63,930 nt of DNA, filler included, from an uncultured bacterium (GCA_964637655.1; 9 parts of 9 records of this genome joined end to end with filler, not necessarily neighbours in it); one strand, 5' to 3'. Counted from the first letter of the whole stretch, positions 1 through 10,170 are shown. Program-made: numbers and translations. The notes: a model not told the origin generated them from the sequence alone.

Positions 1-2658
1 ACCGGGGACGGAACGCCCGGGGCGTTGGCGCTGCGCGACTGGCTGCACCTGCTCTTCCCCGAACTTCCCGATGCTGACAGCGATACGGCAGCCGCGGCGG
101 CCGGGCTGACGGTCACCGGCCTGCCGGCGCTGCTCGCGCTCTACCGCCGCTGCGCGGAGCGCTGGGACGCGCTCCCCCTGCCCGTGCTGCGCGATGTCGT
201 GCCGCTGCTCGACGGCGTCTCGCACCCGCATGCGCCGGAGTGGCGGCGGCTGCTGGTGCGGCGCATGCAGGTGGAACTGGCGGGCGCGGTGAAGGGGGCG
301 GCGCCCGGCCTGACCATGCGCGCCGAGCCGAAGGAAAACGTCACGCTGACGGGGAGCGCCGCGTACTTTGCTGCGCAGGGTCTGCTGGCGCGCGACCTCG
401 GCATGGAGGTGCGCCCGGCGCAGGAGCAGATGGCGCAGGGGGTGGAGGACGCGCTCAACGATTGCACGCTGCTGGCCGTCGAGGCGGGGTGCGGGGTGGG
501 CAAGTCGCTGGCCTACGGGCTGCCGCTCTTCCGCTGGTGCGCGGCGACCGGCGAGCAGGCGGTGGTCTCGACCAACACGCGCAACCTGCAGGAGCAGCTC
601 GACCGGCGCGATTTCCCGCAACTGCAGAAAATCCTCGCGCACGAGAATGTCACGGTCAACTGGTGCGTGCTCAAGGGGCGCGAGCATTACCTCTGCCCGC
701 GCCGCCTGCGCGTGCTGCTGCGTCACCTCCCCGCCGACCCGGCGGCGGCGTTGCGTCTCGCCGGGCTTGTCGTCTGGGAGCAGTTCTCCGCCACCTGCGA
801 TCTCGACGAACTCTCCTGGCTGTCACAGCCGGAGCAGCGCGGCCTGCGCGGTGACCTCGGCTCGTCGTATGACGGCTGCCTGCGCCGCTTCTGCGGGTTC
901 CGCAACCGCTGCCATCTGCGGCGGGCGCGCGAGCGCGCGCGACTCGCGGATATCGTGCTCGTCAATCACACGCTGCTGCTGACCGACGCGCGCGCAGCGC
1001 AGCGCCTGCTCCCCCCCTACCGCCGGCTGATTGTCGACGAGGCGCATCATCTCGAGCGGGTGGCGGCGGAGGAACTGGGGGTGGCCGCGGTCTACTGGGA
1101 CCTGCATCACCTCGGGCAGCGGCTGAGCAGCGGGCCGAAACGCGACGCGCAGGGCCTGCTCACCGAGGCGCGCCGCCCGCTCAAGCCCGACGCACCGGAG
1201 CATGGCCTGCTCGACGAGGCGCAGCGCGCCGCTGCCGGGGCGCTGGCCGCGGCGGAGTATTTCTTCCGCGCCCTCAAGCAGGCGTTTTTCCCCGACGCGC
1301 AGTCCCCCGTGGCGCGGCTGCGTCTGCAGGCGGCGATGCCCGACGCCTGGCCGCAGGGGGCGCAGCACGACCTGCAGCAGGCGCTGACGCTGCTGCTCGC
1401 CGCGGCGGACAACATCCTGCGCCGCTGGCCCGACGACGGCAGCGGCGAAGACCCCGAATGGCGGCAGGAACTTGCCGGGTGGCGCGAGGCGTGCACGCAG
1501 TGGCGGGATGCGCTCACTTTTCTCTGCACGCGCGACGATGCATCCATGGTCTACTGGGTCGAGCGGCGGCAGCATTTCGCCCACCTGCAGGCGGCGCCGC
1601 GGCAGGTTGGCCCGGCGTTGCGCGAGGCGCTCTACACGCGCTGCGCCAGCGCGGTCTTTACCTCCGCCACGCTGACCGTGGCGGGTGAATTTACCTACTG
1701 GGCGGAGCGGGTCGGCCTTGCCAACGACGAGCGCCTGCGCACGCTGCGCCTCCCCGAGGTCTTCGATTACGCGCGGCAGGTGAGCGCGGCGGTGGTGCGC
1801 TACATCCCGCACCCGGAGAAGGAGGACCACGCCGCCGAGGTGGCGGAACTCATCGCGCAGGCGGCGGAGCGCACGACGGGCGGACTGCTCGCGCTGTTTA
1901 CCTCGTATCGCGCGCTCAATGCCGCCGCGGCGCTGCTGCGCGGGCGCCTCGAACCCGGCCGCCTGCTCATCCACGGCGAGTCCGGGTCACGCGCCGCGCT
2001 CATCGATGCCATGCGCCGGCAGCCGGGGCTCGTGCTGCTCGGCACCTCGTCGCTGTGGGAGGGGATCGACCTTCCCGGCGACGCCTTGCAGACGGTGCTC
2101 ATGGTCAAACTGCCGTTCACGGTGCCTGACGACCCGCTGCATCAGGCACAATGCGAGGACCTGACCGCGGCGGGACGCGACGCCTTTGCCGAGTGCAGCG
2201 TGCCGCAGATGGCCATTCGCCTGCGCCAGGGGTTCGGACGGCTGATTCGCACGCAGCAGGACCGCGGCTACTTCCTGCTGCTCGACGGGCGCGCGCTGAC
2301 CCGCGGCTACGGACTGACCGTGCGCGCGACGCTCCCCGTCACGCAGTGGCATGAACTGACCGACGCGGTGGAACTTCCCGCCTACTTCGCCTGCACGCTG
2401 CCGTATCCCGCCGCTGAGGAGCCGGACAGCGAGGAGCAGCAGGCGCTCTTCGAGCGGCTCAAGCGCCTGCGCTGGCAGCTGGCGCAGCAGGAGCAGGTCA
2501 AACTCTGGGAGGTCTTCCCTGACGCCACGCTCAAGGCGCTGGTCTACGCGCACCCGCGCACGCCCGACGAGATGCGGCAGGTGAAGGGGATCCGCGACAA
2601 GAAACTGGCGAAATACGGCGAGGTGTTTCTCGCGGCGATCAACGCGGTGGCGGATTGA
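1..2658 (+). CDS. dinG: DinG/YoaA-family Fe-S helicase with C-terminal HRDC domain (frame open to window start, probably 5'-truncated)
   Basis: Q motif RPAQEQM, Walker A AGCGVGKS, Fe-S Cys (YLCPRR, CLRRFC..C), IVDEAHHL, FTSATL, GIDLPGD, QGFGRLIR; HRDC-like tail VFPDATL...KLAKYGEVFL. Confidence 0.9.
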   Translation, partial: TGDGTPGALALRDWLHLLFPELPDADSDTAAAAAGLTVTGLPALLALYRRCAERWDALPLPVLRDVVPLLDGVSHPHAPEWRRLLVRRMQVELAGAVKGAAPGLTMRAEPKENVTLTGSAAYFAAQGLLARDLGMEVRPAQEQMAQGVEDALNDCTLLAVEAGCGVGKSLAYGLPLFRWCAATGEQAVVSTNTRNLQEQLDRRDFPQLQKILAHENVTVNWCVLKGREHYLCPRRLRVLLRHLPADPAAALRLAGLVVWEQFSATCDLDELSWLSQPEQRGLRGDLGSSYDGCLRRFCGFRNRCHLRRARERARLADIVLVNHTLLLTDARAAQRLLPPYRRLIVDEAHHLERVAAEELGVAAVYWDLHHLGQRLSSGPKRDAQGLLTEARRPLKPDAPEHGLLDEAQRAAAGALAAAEYFFRALKQAFFPDAQSPVARLRLQAAMPDAWPQGAQHDLQQALTLLLAAADNILRRWPDDGSGEDPEWRQELAGWREACTQWRDALTFLCTRDDASMVYWVERRQHFAHLQAAPRQVGPALREALYTRCASAVFTSATLTVAGEFTYWAERVGLANDERLRTLRLPEVFDYARQVSAAVVRYIPHPEKEDHAAEVAELIAQAAERTTGGLLALFTSYRALNAAAALLRGRLEPGRLLIHGESGSRAALIDAMRRQPGLVLLGTSSLWEGIDLPGDALQTVLMVKLPFTVPDDPLHQAQCEDLTAAGRDAFAECSVPQMAIRLRQGFGRLIRTQQDRGYFLLLDGRALTRGYGLTVRATLPVTQWHELTDAVELPAYFACTLPYPAAEEPDSEEQQALFERLKRLRWQLAQQEQVKLWEVFPDATLKALVYAHPRTPDEMRQVKGIRDKKLAKYGEVFLAAINAVAD

Positions 2659-2707
2659 CCGGGGGCTGCATCCGCCTGATGTCCCCGGCAGGCATCGCCT
2701 CCGGCGA

Positions 2708-2737
2708 TTGACAGCGACGGAGCACCTGCGGTAGGAT
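2708..2737 (+). promoter_or_regulatory. sigma-70-type promoter
   Basis: TTGACA-18nt-TAGGAT upstream of ORF 2785. Confidence 0.55.
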
Positions 2738-2784
2738 AGCAGCAGTCACGGGGCCTTGCCCCGTCCCATCCCGGCAGTTGAGGA

Positions 2785-3840
2785 ATGAACATGGCAGACA
2801 CCGTAACCAGAACGGAACATATCGGCTGTTTCGGCAAACTGATGGAATCGATCAAGAACCTGGTGGGCGCGGTCATTCTCGTGCTGATTGCGGTCGCGGT
2901 CATCTTCGGCAATGAGTATGTCACGGAACGGCAGGCGGACAATCTTGCGGCCGGCGCCGCGTCGGTGGTTGAAGGCGTGGCTGACACGGTCAATCCCGCG
3001 CTCGAGGGAAAACTGGTCCATCTTTCCGGCATGGCAACAACGACGGAACAGTTGACCGACCAGCAGTTCGGTATTTCGGTCAACGCGCTGAAACTGACCC
3101 GCACGGTCGAGATGTACCAGTACAAGGAAACCGCAAACACCACCACGACCAAGAACGTGGGCGGCTCCGAGGAGCGCACGACCACCTACTCATACCCGAT
3201 GGAATGGTCGTCAACGCTCATCAGTTCCGCATCGTTCCAGGACCGCACCAAGGTCAACCCGTCGTCCATGCCTTACCAGACGCAGAACTTTGTCGCGCGG
3301 CAGGCGGTACTCGGCGCCTTCACGCTGCCTGAGAGCATCCTGCAGTCGCTGAGCGCGACCACGGGCCTGACCACGCTTCCGGCGCCCGCCATCCCGGGCG
3401 CGCGGCTCAACGGCAGCGGCTACTACATCGGCGCCAACCCGGGCCCGCAGGTGGGTGATGTGCGCATCACCTTCGCGCAGGTGGCACCGCAGGTCATCAG
3501 CATCTGCGCGCGGCAGACCGGCAGCACCTTCACCCCGTTCAGCACGGAATCGGGCACCATCGAAATGGTGGTGGCAGGGACGCAGACGGCGGCGCAGATG
3601 TTCGAGAGCGCGCAGTCGGGCAACAAGATGCTGCGCTGGGGCCTGCGCTTCCTCGGCTGGCTGCTGCTCTTTGCCGGGATTGCCATCGTCTTCCAGCCGC
3701 TGGTGGTCATCGCTGATGTCATTCCGCTGGTCGGCAACCTGCTGCAGCGCGGGGTGACGCTGATTTCGCTGCTCATCTCCGTGCCGGCGGCTATTATCCT
3801 CATGATTGTGGCGTGGTTTATCGCCAAAATGCTGGCGTAA
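2785..3840 (+). CDS. TMEM43/DUF1625-family membrane protein
   Basis: N-terminal TM helix, EGKLVHLSG, KLTRTVEMYQY, GDVRITF, three C-terminal TM helices. Confidence 0.8.
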   Translation: MNMADTVTRTEHIGCFGKLMESIKNLVGAVILVLIAVAVIFGNEYVTERQADNLAAGAASVVEGVADTVNPALEGKLVHLSGMATTTEQLTDQQFGISVNALKLTRTVEMYQYKETANTTTTKNVGGSEERTTTYSYPMEWSSTLISSASFQDRTKVNPSSMPYQTQNFVARQAVLGAFTLPESILQSLSATTGLTTLPAPAIPGARLNGSGYYIGANPGPQVGDVRITFAQVAPQVISICARQTGSTFTPFSTESGTIEMVVAGTQTAAQMFESAQSGNKMLRWGLRFLGWLLLFAGIAIVFQPLVVIADVIPLVGNLLQRGVTLISLLISVPAAIILMIVAWFIAKMLA

Positions 3841-3854
3841 CACGTATAGTCTGC

Positions 3855-3888
3855 AGCCCTGTCCCGCTTCGGCGGGACAGGGCTTTTT
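3855..3888 (+). terminator. Rho-independent terminator
   Basis: 13-bp perfect stem AGCCCTGTCCCGC/GCGGGACAGGGCT, TTCG loop, T tract. Confidence 0.9.
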
Positions 3889-3903
3889 GCACGGAGGAAG
3901 GCC

Positions 3904-4632
3904 ATGACAGTGCAACCTGACCTGCAGGGGAAGACGGCGCTGGTTACCGGCGGGAACCGCGGTATCGGCAAGGCCATCGCCCTCGCGCTGGCGCGCTGCG
4001 GGGCGAAAGTGGCTATCAGCGGGCGCAATGCAGAGACGCTGGCGGCGACAGCGGCGGAACTGAACGCGCTGACGCCCGGCGCCTTCTGGCGGCAATGCGA
4101 TGTGCGCGACGAGCAGCAGCAATTGACACTCTTTGCCGCGGTGCGCGAACAGTTCGGAAAGCTCGATATCTGCGTGCCCAACGCGGGCGAAGCGACGCTG
4201 GCCAGCGCTACCGACACGACGCTCACGCAGTGGCAGCGCGACATCGATACCAACCTGACGGGGACCTTTCTTACCTGCCGCGAAGCGCTGAAGATGATGG
4301 CGGAGCGCACAACGGGGTGCATCATCCCCGTCATCAGTCAGGCAGGGACCATGCCCTTCCTGCTGCGCGCCGCCTACTGCGCCTCGAAGTGGGGCGCGCT
4401 GGGGTTTAGCAAGTGTCTCGCGCTTGAGGCGAAGCCGCTCGGGGTGCGCGTGACTGCACTCTGTCCCGCGAGCGTGGCGACGGACTTCCAGCAGCACAAC
4501 CCGATGGGGATGGAGTGGATGCTCGATGCTGATGATGTGGCGCAGGCGGCGCTCTACGTGCTGACGCTGTCGCCTAATGTCGACCTCGACGAACTGATTC
4601 TCCGCTGCCGCCGCAAGCCGGCCAGAAAATGA
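3904..4632 (+). CDS. SDR-family oxidoreductase
   Basis: TGGNRGIG, NAG, YCASK; GGAGGA RBS. Confidence 0.9.
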   Translation: MTVQPDLQGKTALVTGGNRGIGKAIALALARCGAKVAISGRNAETLAATAAELNALTPGAFWRQCDVRDEQQQLTLFAAVREQFGKLDICVPNAGEATLASATDTTLTQWQRDIDTNLTGTFLTCREALKMMAERTTGCIIPVISQAGTMPFLLRAAYCASKWGALGFSKCLALEAKPLGVRVTALCPASVATDFQQHNPMGMEWMLDADDVAQAALYVLTLSPNVDLDELILRCRRKPARK

Positions 4633-4684
4633 GCGGGACCGATGCAGGGCAGAAAATGCGTGAACGGTATCCCGTCGTATCGCG

Positions 4685-4714
4685 CTCTGCGTGCTCTGTG
4701 TGCTCTGTGGTGAA
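4685..4714. repeat. Short 9-bp-period intergenic repeat (CTCTGYGTG x3), REP-like
   Basis: CTCTGCGTG CTCTGTGTG CTCTGTGGTGAA. Confidence 0.5.
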
Positions 4715-4735
4715 CGTAGTGATGAGGTTGAGCCG

Positions 4736-5242
4736 ATGAACGACATGATACGGCAACTGGCGCAGGACGCGCTGGCAGTTTTCGTGAAGCGGGGCGAGAC
4801 GCTGGCGACCGCGGAATCGTGCACGGGCGGACTGCTCGGCGGCGCGCTGACCGCGGTGGCGGGGAGTTCCGCCTATTTCCTCGGCGGCGTCGTCGCCTAC
4901 GACAACGCGGTGAAGGTGCAGCTGCTCGGGGTTGAGCAGAAGGCGCTCGACGAGTACGGCGCGGTGAGCGTGGCGGTGGCGCGGCAGATGGCGGAAGGGG
5001 TCGCGGTGAAAACCGGGGCGAACGTCGCGGTCGGCATCACCGGGGTGGCGGGCCCGTCGGGGAGTGAAGGCAAACCCGTCGGCACGGTCTACATCGCCAT
5101 CGCGCGCGGTGAGACCAGTCGCGTGCAGAAATATCACTTTGCCGGCGACCGCGACGCAGTGCGGGAACAGACCGTGCAGCGCGCGCTGGAACTGCTGCTT
5201 GGGCGCGAACCGGCGCATGTCCAGCCCGACCCGCAGGGCTGA
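4736..5242 (+). CDS. CinA C-terminal domain / NMN amidohydrolase (PncC-like)
   Basis: [43 protein letters not shown]. Confidence 0.9.
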   Translation: MNDMIRQLAQDALAVFVKRGETLATAESCTGGLLGGALTAVAGSSAYFLGGVVAYDNAVKVQLLGVEQKALDEYGAVSVAVARQMAEGVAVKTGANVAVGITGVAGPSGSEGKPVGTVYIAIARGETSRVQKYHFAGDRDAVREQTVQRALELLLGREPAHVQPDPQG

Positions 5243-5243
5243 G

Positions 5244-6890
5244 ATGCACGAATCGGCGCCGGCGGCGGTGCCCGTGCCACTGGGCGCGGCGCGGCACTGG
5301 TTGGTGCCTGCTGCTGCGCTGGTCGTGGCGCTGCTCTACTGGCTGACCTGTGCACGCTGCGTCGTCGGCAGCGGCGACAGCGGCGACTTTATCGCCGCGG
5401 CAGCGTGCAACGGCATTCCGCATCCGTCGGGCTATCCGCTCTACACGACGCTGGCGCATCCGCTGCTGCTGCTCACCGCGGGGAGCAGTCCCGCCTTTGT
5501 CCTCAATCTCTTTGCCGCCGCGTGCGCGCTCGGTACCGTGCTGCTGCTCATGCTCATCACGCAGCGCCTGACGGGGTCTGCTGTCGCGGCGGGGCTGTCG
5601 GGCGTCTGGTTTGCCGTCGGTATCCCGTTCTGGTCGCAAGCGGTGCGCGCTGAGGTCTACACCCTGCATACGCTGCTGCTTGCGCTGGTGCTGGGTGGCA
5701 TGCTCGGTATGGTGCGCTCTCCGCGCGCGCGCTGGACGTACCTGGCGGTGAGCGGACTGGCGCTGGCGCTGACCAATCACCTGACTGCGGTCACGTATGT
5801 GCCGGCGCTGCTGGTCGCGCTCTGGCAGCGGCGGTCGGCATGGCGGGTCATTCTGGCAGCAGCGCTGGCCGGCGCGCTGCTGCTGGCTGTTCTCTATGGA
5901 GGTATCATGCTGCGCGCGCAGGCGCAGCCCGCGGTCAACTGGGGCGACCCGTCGACGCCGGCGCGGCTCGGGCAGCTCGTCACGTTGCAACTGTACAGCG
6001 GCCTAAAGACGGGCAACCTTGACCCCGGGGTGAAGTTTGCAGCGTTGTGGGAGAGCGCGCGGGCGCAGTTCGGACTGTCGGGACTGCTGCTGCTGTGTGC
6101 CGGCACAGCGGCGTACTGGCGCACGCAGCGCGCCGCGGCGATTATCCTGCTACTGGCGCTGCTGGTGCCGCTGGCTACCGTGCTGCTGCTCTTTTCGCAG
6201 CGCGACACGGTGACCCTCGCGCATGCCATCGGCAACCACTTCCTCACGGCGTATGTCGCGGCGGGGGTGTTGCTCGGCGGCGGCGTTGCCTGGGCGCTCG
6301 ACAGCGGGCGCGTCTGGCGTCGCCTCGCGCTGGTCGCGCTGCTGCTGCTGATTACCGTGCACGGCTGGCGCGGCTATCGCGCCTGCGACCTGTCGCAGTA
6401 CGAGGATGTTGCCCTCTATGCCTACAATATCCTGCGGCAGGCGCCGGTTGACGCCATCGTGCTCACTCATACCGACATGACGGAGTTCCCGCTCAGGTAT
6501 TTCCAGGTGGCGGAACAGGTGCGGCCTGACGTGACGGTGCTCAACGACCGCCTGCTCGGCTACGACTGGTACTACCCGCGCGCGGGGCTGCAGGTGCCAG
6601 CTGGCGCCACCCCGCAGGCGAAGCGGCAGGCGGCGGTGGCGGAATTACTGACGCGCGCAGCGGGGAATGTCTACCTCTGTGAAGCGCTGCCGGAAGAGTA
6701 TTTTGCCGGATATGAACTGCAGCCGCACGGACTGCTTTTCCGCGTGGCCGCGCGCGGCGACAGCATGCCTTCCGTGGCACAGCAGCTGCGCCGCTATCGC
6801 GATATTATTCCGCCACTCGGGCCTGCACCGGCAGGCGAACTCGAACCGCCCATCGTGAGAGGCAATATAGCCCTGGCTTTGCGGCGTTGA
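5244..6890 (+). CDS. DUF2723/TMEM260-like GT-C membrane glycosyltransferase
   Basis: GDSGDF, GIPHPSGYPLY, WSQAVRAEVYTL, NWGDP, RPDV; many TM helices. Confidence 0.85.
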   Translation: MHESAPAAVPVPLGAARHWLVPAAALVVALLYWLTCARCVVGSGDSGDFIAAAACNGIPHPSGYPLYTTLAHPLLLLTAGSSPAFVLNLFAAACALGTVLLLMLITQRLTGSAVAAGLSGVWFAVGIPFWSQAVRAEVYTLHTLLLALVLGGMLGMVRSPRARWTYLAVSGLALALTNHLTAVTYVPALLVALWQRRSAWRVILAAALAGALLLAVLYGGIMLRAQAQPAVNWGDPSTPARLGQLVTLQLYSGLKTGNLDPGVKFAALWESARAQFGLSGLLLLCAGTAAYWRTQRAAAIILLLALLVPLATVLLLFSQRDTVTLAHAIGNHFLTAYVAAGVLLGGGVAWALDSGRVWRRLALVALLLLITVHGWRGYRACDLSQYEDVALYAYNILRQAPVDAIVLTHTDMTEFPLRYFQVAEQVRPDVTVLNDRLLGYDWYYPRAGLQVPAGATPQAKRQAAVAELLTRAAGNVYLCEALPEEYFAGYELQPHGLLFRVAARGDSMPSVAQQLRRYRDIIPPLGPAPAGELEPPIVRGNIALALRR

Positions 6891-7053
6891 GACGACCTCG
6901 CGCTGCAGCACGGCAACGAGGATGCGGCTACCCTCTTTCTGCAGGCAGCAAAACAACTGCAACCATCTGAATAACAACAGGTAATTAATTGACATGGGTC
7001 AAGGATACGACGGGTGTGGTGTGCTACCATGCCCGTACGGTCAGGAGGGCATC

Positions 7054-7211
7054 ATGCACGCACTGGAGAAACTCGGGTTCAGGCAGAAACTGCTGCTGCT
7101 GGTGGCGGTCCCCGCGCTGGCGCTGCTGCTGCTGGCGGCGGGTACGGTGAATGAGCGCATCGCGACGGTGCGCGACATTCGCGCCGTGGAGGAACTGGCA
7201 CGGCTGGCGGT
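7054..7211 (+). CDS. N-terminus of a membrane sensor/chemoreceptor (truncated by contig end)
   Basis: AGGAGG RBS; FRQKLLLLVAVP followed by a TM helix. Confidence 0.5.
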
Positions 7212-7311
7212 NNNNNNNNNNNNNNNNNNNNNNNNNNNNNNNNNNNNNNNNNNNNTTAATTAATTAANNNNNNNNNNNNNNNNNNNNNNNNNNNNNNNNN
7301 NNNNNNNNNNN
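7212..7311. other. Artificial contig linker (also 14520-14619, 21789-21888, 29011-29110, 36110-36209, 43178-43277, 50221-50320, 57220-57319)
   Basis: N run + TTAATTAATTAA (stops in all six frames) + N run; genes truncated on both sides; contig lengths decrease monotonically. Confidence 0.97.
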
Positions 7312-7583
7312 GCAACCTGAAGGGGTTCGATATCGGCATCGGCATCAACACCGGCAAGGTGGTGGCGGGCAATATCGGCTCACAGTCGCGCATGCAGTAC
7401 ACGGTGATCGGCGAGGCGGTGAACACCGCGTCGCGCATCTGTGCCAAAGCGCAGGCGAACCAGATCCTGATTACCGCGGCCACGTGGGAAAAACTCGGAC
7501 CCGCGGTGAAGACCAACAAACTCCTCCCCATGACCATCAAGGGCGCGGTTACCGGCGTGCAGGTGTACGAAGTCCTCGACTGA
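7312..7583 (+). CDS. Class III adenylate/guanylate cyclase, C-terminal fragment
   Basis: [32 protein letters not shown]. Confidence 0.88.
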
Positions 7584-7586
7584 CCG

Positions 7587-8396
7587 CTACAGCCGCACGC
7601 AGCCGACCAGCAGCACCACTCCCGCCAGACAGAGCAGCGAATCGAATCCGCGCCAGGCCAGCGGTCGCAGCAGGGTGCGCTGTGCCGTACTGCCGTAGAG
7701 ACGGCATTCCATCGCCACCGCCATGTCGCCGGCATGGCGGAAGGTGCGCATGAAGACCGGGACGATGACCGCGGCGATCGCCCCGAGGCGGGCCAACGGC
7801 CCGCCCGTGCCGAGCGGGGCGCCGCGCGCCGCCTGCGCGCGGATGACCGTCTCCGTCTCCTCGGTCAGCACGGGGAAGAAGCGGACCGCGAGGGCGAGCA
7901 TCATGGCGAAGTCGGCGGCGGGGAACCCGAGCCGGGCGGCGGGGGCGAGCAGGCGCTCGAGCGCAGTGCCCAGTTCGAGCACGGTGGTGGTCGCGGTGAA
8001 GAGGGCGAAGCCGACAACGGCGAGCGCCAGTTGCGCGCAGAGGCGCAGTCCGTGCAGGATGCCCGCCTGCGTCAGGTAGAGCGTGTCCGCTGAGCCGATG
8101 ATGATCCGCCCCCCCTCGTCACCGAGGTTGCCGTTGATGCTCAGCAGCAGGGTCATGAGAAAGACCAGCCACATGCCGCGCCAGTTGGCGACGAGCAGCA
8201 GCGGGCTGACGCGGGCACACGCGGTGGCAGCGGCGACAAGCAGCGCCAGCGCGCCGAGCCCGGGCCACGACGGGGTGAGGAAGACGGCGACGGCGAAGCC
8301 GAGTGCGAGCAGCAGCTTACCGCGCGGGTCGGCGCGGTGCAGCAGCGAGGAGCCCGGGGCATAACGCCCGATGGTGAGATAGCGGTGGAACTTCAC
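7587..8396 (-). CDS. ecfT: ECF transporter transmembrane T component
   Basis: SLLHRADPRGK, LAVRFFP, AQAARG, AMECR. Confidence 0.88.
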   Translation of the reverse strand: MKFHRYLTIGRYAPGSSLLHRADPRGKLLLALGFAVAVFLTPSWPGLGALALLVAAATACARVSPLLLVANWRGMWLVFLMTLLLSINGNLGDEGGRIIIGSADTLYLTQAGILHGLRLCAQLALAVVGFALFTATTTVLELGTALERLLAPAARLGFPAADFAMMLALAVRFFPVLTEETETVIRAQAARGAPLGTGGPLARLGAIAAVIVPVFMRTFRHAGDMAVAMECRLYGSTAQRTLLRPLAWRGFDSLLCLAGVVLLVGCVRL

Positions 8397-9190
8397 CGCA
8401 CGGTCGCCTCAGCCCAGCGGAGAAAGACTTCCGGGGGGACGCGCTCGGGGCGGGTGTCGGGACTGATGCCCGCTTCCGCGAGAAGCGCCTGCGCGCGCGC
8501 ACGGTCCCCGCCGCAGGCGGATGGCAGCGTGTTGCTGAGCATCTTGCGGCGCGCGTGGAAGACGGCACGGGCGATGGCCGTGAGGCGGCGCAGCACGTCA
8601 GGGGCGAGCGCCGGCCGCGGCACCGCGGTGAGCACCAGCGAGTCGACTTTCGGGGGCGGAGTGAACGCGCCCGGCTCGACGGCGCAGAGTTTCGTCCAGT
8701 GCCAGACATTCTGCGCGACGACCGAGAGCGCGCTGTAGTCGCCGGTCCCCGGCGGGGCGAGCAGGCGTTGCGCGAACTCGCGCTGCAGCATGATGGTCAG
8801 CGAGCGCAGGGGTGCGGCATGCTGCGCGAGCAGCGCGAGGATGGGCGAAGAGAGGTTGTAGGGAAGGTTACCGACCAGATGCAGCGGCCCGCGCGCAGTG
8901 AAGAGGGCAGGCCCCACCTGCAGGATGTCGCCCGCGACACATTCGACGCCTGCCTGTCGCTGCCAGTGCGCGGCCAGCAGCGGGTCGAACTCGACGACGA
9001 TGAGCGGACCTTCGCGCGCAAGCAGGTGGCGCGTCAGCGCGCCGCGCCCGGGGCCGATTTCGAGGATGGTTTCCCCGGGGGCGGCGGGTACCGCGGCGGC
9101 AATCTGCTGCGCGAGGTGCGCGTTGGTGAGGAAGTGCTGGCCCCAGGACTTGCGCGGCGGCGGAAAGCCGTTGCGGTCAGTGCGCGGCAT
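8393..9190 (-). CDS. rsmA: 16S rRNA adenine dimethyltransferase KsgA
   Basis: KSWGQHFL, LEIGPGRGALT, GNLPYNLS, FTPPPKVDS, RRKML. Confidence 0.95.
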   Translation of the reverse strand: MPRTDRNGFPPPRKSWGQHFLTNAHLAQQIAAAVPAAPGETILEIGPGRGALTRHLLAREGPLIVVEFDPLLAAHWQRQAGVECVAGDILQVGPALFTARGPLHLVGNLPYNLSSPILALLAQHAAPLRSLTIMLQREFAQRLLAPPGTGDYSALSVVAQNVWHWTKLCAVEPGAFTPPPKVDSLVLTAVPRPALAPDVLRRLTAIARAVFHARRKMLSNTLPSACGGDRARAQALLAEAGISPDTRPERVPPEVFLRWAEATVR

Positions 9191-10163
9191 GACGGTTCCG
9201 TACCATGGTGACGGCGAGTTCCCAGGCGGCGAGCAGCGAGGCCGGCGAGGCGCAGCCCTGCCCGGCGATGTCGCACGCGGTGCCGTGGTCGACCGAGGTG
9301 CGCACGAAGGGAAGCCCGAGCGTAACATTGACCCCGGTGTCGAATGCGAGCAGTTTGAAGGGGATGAGCCCCTGGTCGTGGTAGAGGGCGAGGAGCAGGT
9401 CGTAGCGGTCGCGCCGGCGGAACGCGACATCGGGGACCAGCGGGCCGTCGAGGTCGAGCCCGGCGGCCCGCAACTCCGCGAGGACCGGGATGATGACCTC
9501 GCGCTCGGTGCTGCCGAGCAGCCCGTCCTCACCCGCGTGCGGGTTGAGCCCGAGCACACCGAGGCGCGGGGCAGCGACGGCAAAATCGCGGCGCAGCGCG
9601 TCGTGGCAGCAGCGGATGACGGTACGCAGGCGGTCAGCGGTAACAAGCTCCGGCACACGGTGCAGCGGCTCGTGGATGGTGAGCAGCGCGACGCGGAAAC
9701 TGCCGGCGGCAAAGGCCATGACCGCGTCTGTGACCCCGGCGGCATCGCGGAAGAACTCCGTATGGCCGTGGTGGCGGCTCCCCGCGGCGACGAGCGCCGC
9801 CTTGCTTACCGGCAGCGTGACGACGCCGTCGATGAAGCCCGCGCGCAGGGCGGCAGCCGCCGCCTGCAGCTGGGCGAGCGCCTGGGCGCCGCTGCAGGCA
9901 TCGGGCGCACCAGAGGAGAGCAGGGCAGCATCGGGAACGGAACAGTCGCAGAACAGGGGGGCTGTCGGGCGTGACGTGAGCGTCGGCACGGACGGGTACG
10001 GGCAGGGGGACAGGTCAAGCTGCTGCGCCTCATGCTGCAGGCGGACGGCGCTGCCGAAGATGACGGGCACGGCACCGCGCAGCACCGGCAGGGCCGTGAG
10101 CAGCAGCTCGCCGCCGATACCGGCCGGATCACCAGCGGTGATACCGAGTACCGGTGCGGGCAT
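9177..10163 (-). CDS. pdxA: 4-hydroxythreonine-4-phosphate dehydrogenase
   Basis: GDPAGIGGE, GHTEF, GLNPHAGE, YHDQGLIPFK, RTSVDHGTA; surA-pdxA-rsmA synteny. Confidence 0.95.
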   Translation of the reverse strand: MPAPVLGITAGDPAGIGGELLLTALPVLRGAVPVIFGSAVRLQHEAQQLDLSPCPYPSVPTLTSRPTAPLFCDCSVPDAALLSSGAPDACSGAQALAQLQAAAAALRAGFIDGVVTLPVSKAALVAAGSRHHGHTEFFRDAAGVTDAVMAFAAGSFRVALLTIHEPLHRVPELVTADRLRTVIRCCHDALRRDFAVAAPRLGVLGLNPHAGEDGLLGSTEREVIIPVLAELRAAGLDLDGPLVPDVAFRRRDRYDLLLALYHDQGLIPFKLLAFDTGVNVTLGLPFVRTSVDHGTACDIAGQGCASPASLLAAWELAVTMVRNRHAAH

Positions 10164-10170
10164 CAGCGGG

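Noticed and set aside
6888-6890. Alternative genetic code (TGA = Trp/Gly)
   Set aside because: Many conserved genes end at TGA at the expected position, often in ATGA/GTGA overlaps, so code 11 holds
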